DNA of 61,384 bases from Pseudonocardiaceae bacterium (lineage in GTDB: Bacteria > Actinomycetota > Actinomycetes > Mycobacteriales > Pseudonocardiaceae). The DNA lies in assembly GCA_035997545.1 (NCBI GenBank), contig DASYIL010000285.1, positions 1 through 61,384 on the forward strand. The letters run 5' to 3'. Of this stretch, positions 38,727-48,458 are shown piece by piece. A program made the translations under genes and the position numbers. The notes under the pieces are model-generated. The model saw nothing but the letters and a program-made list of their open reading frames with translations, searched no databases and was not told where the DNA came from. Every line of letters starts with the position of its first letter. The stretch's first letter is position 1.

Positions 38727-39503
38727 ATGACCAAGCAGGCCACCGACCTACGCGACGAGGTACGCCGGCACTACGCGGCCGCGGCCGCGGCTGTGCGCAC
38801 TGGAGCCCGGCCCAGTTGCTGCGGCGTCGACAGCTCCGGTGCCGTGGACGAGGTTGCGGCCGGGAACGGGTTCGGCGGCGAGCTCTACGACGCCACTGAC
38901 CGAGCCGCGCTGCCCGCCCAGGCGGTCACCGCCAGCTTGGGATGCGGCAACCCGCTGGCCGTGGCCGACCTGCACGAGGGCGAGACCGTGCTGGACCTCG
39001 GCTCCGGGGGCGGCATCGACGTGCTGCTGTCCGCCCGCCGGGTCGGCCCCGCCGGGAAGGCCTACGGGCTGGACATGACCGACGAAATGCTCACCCTCGC
39101 CCGAACCAACGCGGCGGAAGCCGGCGCGACCAATGTCGAGTTCCTGCAAGGCCCCATCGAGGCCATCCCGCTGCCCGACGGCTCCGTCGACGTGATCATC
39201 TCCAACTGTGTGATCAACCTGTCGACCGACAAACCCGCCGTGTTCGCAGAAGCATTTCGGGTACTTACCCCAGGAGGTCGGCTGGGGGTCTCCGACGTGA
39301 TCGCCGCAGATCGCCTCAGCGCTCAGCAGCGGGCCGAACGGGGCAGCTATGTTGGCTGCATCGCCGGGGCTCTGAGCGTCGGCGAATACCTCAACGGCCT
39401 GGCCGCCGCCGGCTTCACCGACATCACCATCGTACCGACTCACCAGGTCGCCGACGGCATGCACTCCGCGATCATCCGAGCCACCAAACCCGCCGCCTGG
39501 TAG
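38727..39503 (+). CDS. arsM: arsenite S-adenosylmethionine methyltransferase
   Basis: SAM motif VLDLGSGGGID and conserved Cys contexts (PSCCG, LGCGNP, VGCIAG). The ATG at 38727 is preceded by GGGGAGGG. Confidence 0.88.
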   Translation: MTKQATDLRDEVRRHYAAAAAAVRTGARPSCCGVDSSGAVDEVAAGNGFGGELYDATDRAALPAQAVTASLGCGNPLAVADLHEGETVLDLGSGGGIDVLLSARRVGPAGKAYGLDMTDEMLTLARTNAAEAGATNVEFLQGPIEAIPLPDGSVDVIISNCVINLSTDKPAVFAEAFRVLTPGGRLGVSDVIAADRLSAQQRAERGSYVGCIAGALSVGEYLNGLAAAGFTDITIVPTHQVADGMHSAIIRATKPAAW

Positions 39504-39510
39504 GAACCAG

Positions 39511-40704
39511 TCAGGAGCCGCCTGCGCCGAACACCAGGATCGACGCGGTGAACCCGTGCAGGTGGTTTCGGCCTGCGACGGGGCCGATCTCGCCGTTCGC
39601 GAAGAACCCGGCCACGCCAGTGGTACCGAGGCCGGCGCGCACCGCCAGTACGTCGTGATCGGCGCTCGGGAACATGGTCCTGCCTCGGCCGTTGCAGGAG
39701 AACAGCAGCGCGCCGCCCACCGGACCGGTCTCCGGGCGAAACCGGGAGAACAGCTCCTCGAGATCCTCGTCGGCGGCGGACGCGTCACGCACTTGGAAGC
39801 GGACGGTGCGACCCACCTCAACGACGTCTTGGATGGCGATCGCACGCCGCTCACTGTCGGCGCCCACCACGCCGCGGATGAGGAAGTCACCGCGCTCGTG
39901 CTCCTCGGCGTACTCGTCCATCGCGACGCCGATGTGCAGTCCGTGCGCGACGGCTCGCCGTTCCTCGGAAGAGAGCTCGGCGACGATCTGCTCGAGCTTG
40001 GCCAGTGCGGGCGTCCCGGCCAGCTCCAGGAGCACGTTGCCGTCGGCCTTGGTGACGATCATCGTGGGGCCGAAGGGGCGGCACCCCTGGCTGACCACCG
40101 GGTGGGCCACGACGGGACCGCCGAGCACCACTCCCACCGCGCCGGCCGGCACGCTATGCCCGTCCAGGAACAGCCGCGCGGACCCCCCGCCGCGGGGACC
40201 GCTTGCCACGCCGCCGATCAGCGGCAGGCCAGCGAGGTCGTCGTTGGAGCGCTGCACGAAAGCAGCGATGGGGAACGTGAAGGGATCGGCGAGGAGCACC
40301 GCGACGGCGTCGTCTCCTTGCCGTTCCGGCATTCCGGTGACGGCAGCACCGTCGGGGGTGCGGATCAACTCCAGGTGCAGCGGGGTGCACCTGACCCCGG
40401 GAAGGCAGGCGGCGAACGCGCTGACCGCGGGCTCGATCTCCACCCCCCGGCCGGCGCCGATCACGCCGCCGGCGCTGCAGCCCAGCGTGGTGCGGGCCCC
40501 GGCCACCTCCATCGCGCGGGTGCCCGCCGACTCGACCGCGTTCGGGTCTTCGCCGCAGACAAACACGCACAGCAGGTCGGGACGCTGCCCGCGCAGCGGA
40601 GCCAGGGCCTGTGTGACGGCGGATTCCGCCGCCGCAGCCAGATCGGGGTCGACCGCTAGGCCGTCACCGAAGCGGGACGTGAGCACGTCTGCTGGAGAGG
40701 ACAC
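39511..40704 (-). CDS. FIST-domain (FIST_N + FIST_C) sensory protein
   Basis: 397 aa with ...DLLCVFVCGED...GCSAGGVIG...LFSCNGRG... a typical FIST pattern. The GTG start is preceded by GGAGG. Confidence 0.75.
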   Translation of the reverse strand: MSSPADVLTSRFGDGLAVDPDLAAAAESAVTQALAPLRGQRPDLLCVFVCGEDPNAVESAGTRAMEVAGARTTLGCSAGGVIGAGRGVEIEPAVSAFAACLPGVRCTPLHLELIRTPDGAAVTGMPERQGDDAVAVLLADPFTFPIAAFVQRSNDDLAGLPLIGGVASGPRGGGSARLFLDGHSVPAGAVGVVLGGPVVAHPVVSQGCRPFGPTMIVTKADGNVLLELAGTPALAKLEQIVAELSSEERRAVAHGLHIGVAMDEYAEEHERGDFLIRGVVGADSERRAIAIQDVVEVGRTVRFQVRDASAADEDLEELFSRFRPETGPVGGALLFSCNGRGRTMFPSADHDVLAVRAGLGTTGVAGFFANGEIGPVAGRNHLHGFTASILVFGAGGS

Positions 40705-40911
40705 GGGTCAACCTCCGACCTCACGGGTACCGGACGGACCCATTGTCCTCGGATCACGCCGCACCGTCACCCGCTTGGGCAGGATGAGGTGGACGTCGCC
40801 GAACCCGTGCCAGCGGTACCCGGTACGTAACGCCTCCGTGTAAGAGGCGAATTACGGGGGACCCGAGCTCCGCGACCGCCTCGGCGTTGTCGTGCGAGGG
40901 GCGGCCAGAGG

Positions 40912-41598
40912 TCAGGCGGCGACGAGGCCGTCAAGCGTGTCCGCGAGGGGAGCGAGGTCGCGCAACTCGACCGTCGGATGCGGCTCCGGCTCTTCCCCCA
41001 GGCGGTTGATCCAGACCGTGGGGATCCCGAGGGCGAGGGCCGGAGCGATGTCGTGGTAGAGGCTCGCCGCGACGTGCACGTGTCGATCGCGCCCGGCCTC
41101 GCAGCGGGCGCGGAAGACTTCCCAGTGCAACGGCGACGGCTTGTACGACCCGAGCTCGTCGGCAACGATCGAGAGCTCGAACTCGACCCCGAGCCGGCGC
41201 ATCGACGCCTCGATCAAGTCGCGGTCGGTGTTCGACAGGATCGCCAGCCGCCAGCCACGCGCACGGGCCTCCTCCAGCGCCGGGCGCACCTCAGGGAAGA
41301 CGGGCCAGTCGGACAGCGAGCGGGCGAGCGCTCCCTGCTCCTGCGGGCCGAGCCGGAAGCCTTCCCGGTCCGCGAGCCGCGCGAGCGTCAGGTTGAGGAC
41401 CTCTCGGTAGGTGCGCTGCGGGTCCTCGCGCTGCACCTGCGGCTCGAGTTCGTGGTAGACGGGTAGCAGCCGCGGCGCCGTCTCCGCGCCGAACAGTCGT
41501 TCAAGCTCCCGGCCGATGCCGGCGTTCCAGTCGATCAGCGTGCCGTAACAGTCGAAGGTCGCCCAGCGGGCGACCGCGGCAGAGCCGGCCATCAACAT
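40912..41598 (-). CDS. HAD-superfamily hydrolase (haloacid dehalogenase type II-like)
   Basis: ...ATFDCYGTLIDW... (DxYGTL motif I), ...ILSNTD..., ...SYKP... The start is ATG 41598 or 41592. Confidence 0.8.
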   Translation of the reverse strand: MLMAGSAAVARWATFDCYGTLIDWNAGIGRELERLFGAETAPRLLPVYHELEPQVQREDPQRTYREVLNLTLARLADREGFRLGPQEQGALARSLSDWPVFPEVRPALEEARARGWRLAILSNTDRDLIEASMRRLGVEFELSIVADELGSYKPSPLHWEVFRARCEAGRDRHVHVAASLYHDIAPALALGIPTVWINRLGEEPEPHPTVELRDLAPLADTLDGLVAA

Positions 41599-41700
41599 GA
41601 GCCTAGCCGGCCGAGCGAAGGACGAGCACCTCCGGCGGCCCGATTCTCGGCACGTGCGCCGTGCAGCACTTGGAGGAGAACCGCGCGCGTCGCTTGCTTT

Positions 41701-41734
41701 TGACACTATCGTGATATATCGTGAGCGTGTCGAC
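41701..41734. promoter_or_regulatory. repeat-bearing candidate operator upstream of the PadR gene
   Basis: TGACAC-TATCGTGA-TA-TATCGTGA-GC-GTGTCG: a direct repeat of TATCGTGA flanked by the inverted GACAC/GTGTC. It lies 33-66 nt upstream of the PadR ATG. Confidence 0.35.
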
Positions 41735-41766
41735 CAACGTGGGAGACATTCCCGAATAGGAGAACT

Positions 41767-42396
41767 ATGTACACCGATCACCACGACTCACGTCGTCGCG
41801 GCGACTGCCTAGCCGTCGGCCGTCAACACGCTCAGCGACGCCACCACCCCGACTTTCCCGCACAGCCTGACGGGGTCGGCGGTGGAAGGACACGCGGGAG
41901 CCGTCCCCGCGGTGCAGGACGCGGGCGAGCGCAACGCGGCGATGTGCGCACTGCCCTACTCCTGCTGCTGGCCGAGCAGCCCATGCACGGCTACCAACTC
42001 ATGCAGGCCATCACCGAGCGCACCTCCGGTGCCTGGCAACCCAGCCCCGGCGCCGTCTACCCGACCCTCAGCCAGCTCGAGGACGAAGGCCTGATCGACA
42101 CCGTCGCCCAGGGTGGCCGCAAACTGGCCACCCTCACCGACGCCGGCCAGGCGTACCTGCACACGCACGGCGACGCGATGCCTGACCCGTTCGCCGAGTT
42201 CACAGCACGCTGCGGCGGCGGCAGCGACCTCCGAGCCGCCCTCGAGGAGCTGCGCCACCCCACCCGCCAACTCGCGCTGGGTGACCCGCAGCAGGTGCAG
42301 GCTGCGCAACGGGTCCTGGCCGAGGCGCGCCGCTCGCTTTACCTCATCCTCGCTGGCACCCCCATCACCCCCGGGAGCGAGCCCAGCGAGCGGTGA
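41767..42396 (+). CDS. PadR-family transcriptional regulator
   Basis: ...LLLLLAEQPMHGYQLMQAITERTSGAWQPSPGAVYPTLSQLEDEGLI... with an Arg/Gly-rich N-terminal extension. Confidence 0.88.
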   Translation: MYTDHHDSRRRGDCLAVGRQHAQRRHHPDFPAQPDGVGGGRTRGSRPRGAGRGRAQRGDVRTALLLLLAEQPMHGYQLMQAITERTSGAWQPSPGAVYPTLSQLEDEGLIDTVAQGGRKLATLTDAGQAYLHTHGDAMPDPFAEFTARCGGGSDLRAALEELRHPTRQLALGDPQQVQAAQRVLAEARRSLYLILAGTPITPGSEPSER

Positions 42397-42469
42397 CCGA
42401 GCGGCTTTATCAGTCATCGCCAGCGGCAGCTGCCACCGGCCGTTCCTGCCGACGCCGCCGCCGGGCGCC

Positions 42470-42571
42470 GGGAACCCGTTCGCCTGGGGTCGCGAGGAGG
42501 TAGTGCGCGAACTCCTCGGCGACGCGTTTGGGCTCGACATCGAGGAATGCGTCGCCATGGTCGCGAACTAG
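42470..42571 (+). pseudogene. possible C-terminal remnant of a SAM-dependent methyltransferase-like gene
   Basis: The frame ending at 42571 reads ...[32 protein letters not shown]. This resembles from memory the WG(T/R)EE.VRELFG tail of a widespread actinobacterial methyltransferase family. No N-terminal part is present. Confidence 0.25.
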
Positions 42572-44742
42572 CGGAGGCCGGCGGCGTCCATGCCGCGGAG
42601 CTCCTTCTTGAGGTCGGCGATCTCGTCCCGGAGCCGGGCGGCCAGTTCGAACTGCAGCTCCCGAGCCGCGCCCATCATCTGGTCGGTGAGCTGCTGCACC
42701 AGATCTGCGAGCTCGGCGCGCGGCATCGACGAGGGATCCCGCCCTTCCAGCACGCCCGCGCTACCTCGGGGCCGCCCGGGCGCGCCGGTGGCGCGCTTGC
42801 CTCGGGAGGCGTTGCGACCGGATCCTCCGACCTGCACCGCCCCGGTGTCCAACGTGTCACCAGCCTCGGCGTAGACCCGCTCGAGGATGTCGTTGATCTT
42901 TTTGCGCAGCGGCTGCGGATCCAGCCCGCGTTCGGTGTTGTAGGCGACCTGCTTGGCCCGTCGCCGGTCGGTCTCGTCGATGGCCCGGCGCATCGAGTCG
43001 GTGACCCTGTCTGCGTACATGTGCACCTGACCGGACACGTTACGGGCGGCGCGGCCGATGGTCTGGATCAGCGAAGTTCCGCTGCGCAGGAACCCCTCCT
43101 TGTCGGCGTCCAGGATCGCCACCAGCGACACCTCGGGCAGATCCAGGCCCTCGCGGAGCAGGTTGATTCCGACCAGCACGTCGAACTCGCCCAAACGCAA
43201 CTGCCGCAGCAGCTCCACCCGGCGCAGCGTGTCTACCTCCGAGTGCAGGTAGCGCACCCGGATGCCGAGCTCGAGCAGGTAGTCGGTGAGGTCCTCGGCC
43301 ATCTTCTTGGTCAGTGTGGTCACCAGCACCCGTTCGTTGCGCTCGGCGCGGATGCGCACCTCATGCACCAGGTCATCGATCTGGCCCCGGGTGGGTTTGA
43401 CTACGACCTCCGGATCCACCAGGCCGGTCGGGCGGATGACCTGCTCGACGAACTCGCCGCCGGACTGGCCCATCTCATACGGCCCCGGGGTCGCCGACAG
43501 GTACAGGGTCTGCCCGATCCGGTCCTGGAACTCCTCCCAGGTCAGCGGCCGGTTGTCCAGCGCCGAGGGTAGCCGGAACCCGTGCTCCACCAGGGTGCGC
43601 TTGCGGGAGGCGTCGCCCTCGTACATCCCGCCGATCTGCGGCACCGTGACATGCGATTCGTCGATGACCAGCAGAAAGTCCTCGGGGAAGTAGTCCAGCA
43701 GGGTGGCCGGAGCCGAGCCGGCCGCGCGCCCGTCGATATGCCGCGAGTAGTTCTCGATGCCGTTGCAGAACCCGACCTGACGCATCATCTCCACGTCGTA
43801 CTGGGTCCGCATCCGCAGCCGCTGGGCTTCCAGCAGCTTGCGCTGCTTCTCCAGCGCGGCCAGCTGGTCTTCCAGCTCGGACTCGATACCCGTAACGGCG
43901 CGCTCCATCCGCTCCGGCCCGGCGACGTAGTGGGTGGCAGGGAAGATCCGCAGCTCGGATACCTCCCGGACCACCTCCCCGGTGAGTGGGTGCAGGTAGT
44001 AGAGCGACTCGACCTCGTCACCGAAGAAGTCGATGCGGACCGCGAGTTCCTCGTAGGCCGGGATGACCTCGACCGTGTCACCGCGGACCCGGAACGTCCC
44101 ACGGGCGAAGGCCAGGTCATTGCGGGCGTAGTTGATGCCGACCAGGGCCCGCAGCAGCGCGTCGCGCCCGACTTCACCACTGACCGGCACGTGAATCGAC
44201 TGATTCAGGTACTCCTGGGGCGTACCGAGCCCGAAGATGCAGGACACCGACGCGACGACGACCACATCGCGCCGGGTGAGCAGCGACATCGTGGCGGAGT
44301 GCCGCAACCGTTCCACGTCATCGTTGATCGAGGAGTCTTTCTCGATGTAGGTGTCGGTCTGCGGGACGTACGCCTCGGGCTGGTAGTAGTCGTAGTAGGA
44401 GACGAAGTACTCCACCGCGTTGTTCGGGAAGTAGTCCCGCAGCTCGTGGGCGAGCTGCGCGGCGAGGGTCTTGTTCGGTGCCATCACCAGCGTCGGGCGC
44501 TGTACCCGCTCGATGAGCCAGGCAGCGGTGGCCGACTTACCCGTTCCGGTGGCGCCCAGCAGCACGACGTCACGCTCACCGCCGGTGATCCGGCGCTCCA
44601 GCTCGTCGATAGCCGCCGGCTGGTCGCCAGCGGGCGCGTAGTCGCTGACCATTTGGAACCGGCCCGGCGCCCGGGGGGTCTTCCCGAGCGGGCGGAACTC
44701 GGAGTGTGGGAGCAGGTCGCGCTGGGTGGCGGCATCGGTCAT
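42568..44742 (-). CDS. uvrB: excinuclease ABC subunit B
   Basis: ...[20 protein letters not shown]...[12 protein letters not shown]... helicase motifs and a C-terminal UVR domain (...[21 protein letters not shown]...). The start is the ATG at 44742. Confidence 0.95.
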   Translation of the reverse strand: MTDAATQRDLLPHSEFRPLGKTPRAPGRFQMVSDYAPAGDQPAAIDELERRITGGERDVVLLGATGTGKSATAAWLIERVQRPTLVMAPNKTLAAQLAHELRDYFPNNAVEYFVSYYDYYQPEAYVPQTDTYIEKDSSINDDVERLRHSATMSLLTRRDVVVVASVSCIFGLGTPQEYLNQSIHVPVSGEVGRDALLRALVGINYARNDLAFARGTFRVRGDTVEVIPAYEELAVRIDFFGDEVESLYYLHPLTGEVVREVSELRIFPATHYVAGPERMERAVTGIESELEDQLAALEKQRKLLEAQRLRMRTQYDVEMMRQVGFCNGIENYSRHIDGRAAGSAPATLLDYFPEDFLLVIDESHVTVPQIGGMYEGDASRKRTLVEHGFRLPSALDNRPLTWEEFQDRIGQTLYLSATPGPYEMGQSGGEFVEQVIRPTGLVDPEVVVKPTRGQIDDLVHEVRIRAERNERVLVTTLTKKMAEDLTDYLLELGIRVRYLHSEVDTLRRVELLRQLRLGEFDVLVGINLLREGLDLPEVSLVAILDADKEGFLRSGTSLIQTIGRAARNVSGQVHMYADRVTDSMRRAIDETDRRRAKQVAYNTERGLDPQPLRKKINDILERVYAEAGDTLDTGAVQVGGSGRNASRGKRATGAPGRPRGSAGVLEGRDPSSMPRAELADLVQQLTDQMMGAARELQFELAARLRDEIADLKKELRGMDAAGLR

Positions 44743-44749
44743 GGCATTG

Positions 44750-44771
44750 AGGGTAGGCCGGGACTCTGACA
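44750..44771 (-). promoter_or_regulatory. RecA-NDp (PafBC-type) promoter motif directly upstream of uvrB
   Basis: The minus strand reads TGTCAGAG-TCCCGGCC-TACCCT followed by 7 nt and then the uvrB ATG. This implies a leaderless or near-leaderless mRNA. Confidence 0.55.
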
Positions 44772-44884
44772 GTCTGCCTTCGCCCGCAGTGGCTGCTGAT
44801 GGGCCCTCGACATGCCCATCAAGACTGTGCCGACCGGGCGAAATGACGGTCCAGCGCCCACGGACATGCGTAGGGTCAAACGCT

Positions 44885-45433
44885 ATGACGGCCCCGCACG
44901 GGTTGAGTGCCGAGACCGCCCAGCACATACACCCTCCCAAGATTGAGCTGTTCGACCTGGACGCAATGACCAACACCGACCCCAAGGGTGTCGTCCGCAC
45001 CGTCCGCGAGTACCGGGTCGAGCCGTTCGGCCTCTACCTCGCTCGCGACGTCGTCGACCATCCGTCGATCCACGCGCTCGAGTCCTGGCTGCTGCCCGAG
45101 ATAGGGTTGCGGATCACCGATTGGTTCTATCCGCCCGGGCACGAATGGGACCAGCACTTCTACGTCGACGTGGTGCACATCGACGTTGACACCAGGTGCT
45201 GGCGCACCGAGGACCACTACCTGGATCTCGTGCTGCGCCCCGGGCGCGGCGTCGATGTGGTGGACACCGATGAGTTGCTGGACGCGGTGGTCGCGGGGCT
45301 GCTCGATCGGTCCGCTGCGCAGACCGCGCTGGCCACGACCTATCGAACGGTGGACGGCCTGGCCCGGCACGGCTACCGGTTGGACCGGTGGCTGCCGACG
45401 GTCGGGGCGTGGCCGACCTGGAGCCGGCACTGA
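44885..45433 (+). CDS. DUF402 domain protein
   Basis: ...[23 protein letters not shown]...[10 protein letters not shown]... is a typical DUF402 core. The start is trimmed to the ATG at 44885. Confidence 0.7.
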   Translation: MTAPHGLSAETAQHIHPPKIELFDLDAMTNTDPKGVVRTVREYRVEPFGLYLARDVVDHPSIHALESWLLPEIGLRITDWFYPPGHEWDQHFYVDVVHIDVDTRCWRTEDHYLDLVLRPGRGVDVVDTDELLDAVVAGLLDRSAAQTALATTYRTVDGLARHGYRLDRWLPTVGAWPTWSRH

Positions 45434-45483
45434 CCGGGCTGCAAGAGTGCCGCCTCCGCGGGACGAAGTGCGTCGGCTCGGAT

Positions 45484-46665
45484 TCAGCCCACCAGCCAGT
45501 CAGTGCGCGCGGCCCACTGCTGCGCCCGAGCCAGCGCGCCGGACACGAACGGGGTCTTCGCATCGGCGTAGGCGTCAATGCTGTCCCACTGCTGCGCTAC
45601 CAGCCGGTGCTTGAGCTCGGCGTACTCCCGAACGCCGGCTGGATGAGCCCGCAGCCAGTCCCGCAGCAGGAGGGCTTCCCGCCAGGTCGGGGAGTCGGCG
45701 GGCCGGATGTGGCAGTTGACAGGCCGGGCCGGGTCGGCATTGGTCGCCATCACCTTGTCCCGGGTGGTGCCGTCCCCGGCGTTGTCCCACCAACGACCGG
45801 GCCACCTGACCAGTCCCGCGCCGAGCAGGTCATCAGCCAGTGGCCCCGCGGCATCGATATCGGCGACCACCACCTGCACGTCCAGCACATCCTTGGCGTC
45901 CAGGCCAGGGACCGCCGTAGAGCCGATGTGATCGATCCGGTGCGCGCACCGGCCCGCCACCGCGGCGATCCGTGCGATCATCCGCTGCGCCTGCTGCGGC
46001 CAGCTGTCGACCGGCGCCACCACAACCGGGGTTGCCGCGCGCGCAGCAGACCGGCGATGCCGCAGGTTGGCTTCGAAGGGCACCAGCCGCTGGGCCCACA
46101 ACCGGTCCGCCGCGGCGAGGATGTCGTCCCGGGAGCCGCTGTTGTCCAACCAGACATCGGCGGCGGCGCGGCGCTGCTGGTCAGTGGCCTGAGCTGCGAT
46201 CCGCGCCATGGCGTCGGACTCTGCCATGCCGCGCTGCTCGACCAGCCGACCGACCCGCACCTCAGCGTCCGCGTGCACCACGACGACTAGCGGAAATCCC
46301 GCCGCCAGCCCTGCCTCGACCAGCAGCGGGACGTCCTGCACCACGATGGCGTCCGGCGGCGCGGTCTTGAGCAGCTCGGCATTGCGTGCTGCGACCAGCG
46401 GATGCACGATGGCGTTGAGCCGACGTCGGGCGTCCGCGTCGTCGAAGACCCACGCGGCCAGCGCCGACCGGTCCAGCTCGCCGTCCTCGGTGCGGATCTC
46501 CTCGCCGAACTCGTCGACCACGGCGCGCAGCCCCTCGGTACCGGGCTCGACGACCTCGCGAGCGATCCGGTCCGAGTCGACGATCCATGCCCCCCGTTGC
46601 GCGAGCCGGGCCGCCACCGTCGACTTACCGGAACCGATCCCTCCGGTCAGTGCCACCCTGAGCAT
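45484..46665 (-). CDS. coaE: dephospho-CoA kinase fused to a GrpB/UPF0157 domain
   Basis: MLRVALTGGIGSGKSTVA... P-loop N-terminus plus a roughly 190-aa C-terminal extension, as in mycobacterial CoaE. Confidence 0.92.
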   Translation of the reverse strand: MLRVALTGGIGSGKSTVAARLAQRGAWIVDSDRIAREVVEPGTEGLRAVVDEFGEEIRTEDGELDRSALAAWVFDDADARRRLNAIVHPLVAARNAELLKTAPPDAIVVQDVPLLVEAGLAAGFPLVVVVHADAEVRVGRLVEQRGMAESDAMARIAAQATDQQRRAAADVWLDNSGSRDDILAAADRLWAQRLVPFEANLRHRRSAARAATPVVVAPVDSWPQQAQRMIARIAAVAGRCAHRIDHIGSTAVPGLDAKDVLDVQVVVADIDAAGPLADDLLGAGLVRWPGRWWDNAGDGTTRDKVMATNADPARPVNCHIRPADSPTWREALLLRDWLRAHPAGVREYAELKHRLVAQQWDSIDAYADAKTPFVSGALARAQQWAARTDWLVG

Positions 46666-46685
46666 CGCGCGATGCTGGCGCTGAT

Positions 46686-48152
46686 CTACACACCACCGGA
46701 AAGCTTCGCCCGCAGGGCCGCCAGTTGCTCGTCGCTAGCAAGCGAGCCGGAGCCAGCGCCACTGGGGGTGGGCGCCTCGGTGGTCGCCGAGGAGTAGCTC
46801 TGGTCTCCAGGCACCTCCGATTCAGCCTCAGTTGCCTTGACGACCTGCTTGCGGTGCTGCTCGAAGCGGACCTGGGCCTCGGCGTAGGCGCGCTCCCATT
46901 CCTGGCGCTGCTTTTCGAAGCCCTCGAGCCAGTCGTTGGCGTCCGGGTCGAAACCTTCGGGGTAGATGTAGTTGCCCTCGCTGTCGTACTCGGCAGTCAT
47001 GCCGTACTGCGTCGGGTCGAACTCCATCTCGGGGGACAGCCCCTCGTTGGCCTGCTTGAGTGACAGCGAGATCCGCCGCCGGTCCAGGTCGATGTCGATA
47101 ACCTTGACCATCACGTCGTCACCGACCTGAACGACCTGCTCGGGGATCTCGACGTGCCGTTCAGCCAGCTCCGAGATGTGCACCAAACCCTCGATGCCCT
47201 CCTCGACTCGGACGAACGCGCCGAAGGGCACCAACTTGGTGGCCTTGCCGGGCACGATCTGCCCGATCTGGTGAGTGCGGGCGAACTGCCGCCACGGGTC
47301 TTCCTGAGTGGCCTTGAGTGACAGCGACACCCGCTCGCGGTCCAGGTCGACGTCGAGCACCTCGACAGTGACCTCCTGGCCGACCTCGACGACCTCGCTG
47401 GGGTGATCGATGTGCTTCCAGGACAGCTCGGAGACGTGCACCAGACCGTCCACGCCACCGAGGTCCACGAACGCCCCGAAGTTGACAATCGAGGAGACCT
47501 GGCCCTTGCGGACCTGGCCCTTGGCCAGTTGGTTGAGGAACTCGCTGCGCACCTCGGACTGGGTCTGCTCCAGCCAGGCGCGACGCGAGAGCACCACGTT
47601 GTTGCGGTTCTTGTCCAGCTCGATGATCTTGGCCTCGAGCTCCCGGCCCACGTAGGGCTGCAGGTCGCGGACCCGCCGCATCTCGACCAGCGAGGCGGGC
47701 AGAAAGCCACGCAGCCCGATGTCGAGGATCAGACCACCCTTGACCACCTCGATGACGGTGCCCTTGACCGGCTCCTCGTTCTCCTTGAGGGCCTCGATAT
47801 TGCCCCAGGCGCGCTCGTACTGGGCGCGCTTCTTGGACAGGATCAGCCGGCCTTCCTTGTCCTCCTTCTGGAGTACAAGGGCCTCGACCTCGTCACCCAC
47901 CGCCACGACGTCAGCAGGGTCGACATCGTGCTTGATGGACAGCTCCCGCGACGGGATAACGCCCTCGGTCTTGTAGCCAATGTCGAGCAGCACTTCGTCA
48001 CGGTCGACCTTGACGATGGTGCCTTCGACGATGTCGCCATCGTTGAAGTACTTGATGGTCTTATCGATGGCGGCGAGGAAGTCCTCCTCCGTCCCGATGT
48101 CGTTGATCGCGACCTGCTGCGTGGTCGGGGCGGCGGTGGTGTCGGTGGTCAT
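46686..48152 (-). CDS. rpsA: 30S ribosomal protein S1
   Basis: Four S1 repeats (...GDIVEGTIVKVDRDEVLLDIGYKTEGVIPSRELS...). The start is trimmed to the ATG at 48152. Confidence 0.96.
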   Translation of the reverse strand: MTTDTTAAPTTQQVAINDIGTEEDFLAAIDKTIKYFNDGDIVEGTIVKVDRDEVLLDIGYKTEGVIPSRELSIKHDVDPADVVAVGDEVEALVLQKEDKEGRLILSKKRAQYERAWGNIEALKENEEPVKGTVIEVVKGGLILDIGLRGFLPASLVEMRRVRDLQPYVGRELEAKIIELDKNRNNVVLSRRAWLEQTQSEVRSEFLNQLAKGQVRKGQVSSIVNFGAFVDLGGVDGLVHVSELSWKHIDHPSEVVEVGQEVTVEVLDVDLDRERVSLSLKATQEDPWRQFARTHQIGQIVPGKATKLVPFGAFVRVEEGIEGLVHISELAERHVEIPEQVVQVGDDVMVKVIDIDLDRRRISLSLKQANEGLSPEMEFDPTQYGMTAEYDSEGNYIYPEGFDPDANDWLEGFEKQRQEWERAYAEAQVRFEQHRKQVVKATEAESEVPGDQSYSSATTEAPTPSGAGSGSLASDEQLAALRAKLSGGV

Positions 48153-48458
48153 GCGGTGGGATGCTCCGAAGGGATAGGGTCGTGTGGGCAGTGTTGTCCT
48201 ACTGATTCGTCGGCGCGCTGGCTTCCCCCACTGCGTCGGACCGTCCTGGGGCGGTTCGTCGTCGTTACGGACACCGGTGCCAGCTCTGCTGGCGGTACAA
48301 CACCCCGCAGGGCCCCTGTGTTCCGGATGCGACATGCTGAGGAAACTCGACAGCCCGGGCAGCACGAAACGACAGCGCAAGTCGATCGTACCCAGGCGGA
48401 AGTCGCGGCAGCAAACTCGACCCCGGTATTCGGGGTGTTCTTCTGACAGACTGCCCCG

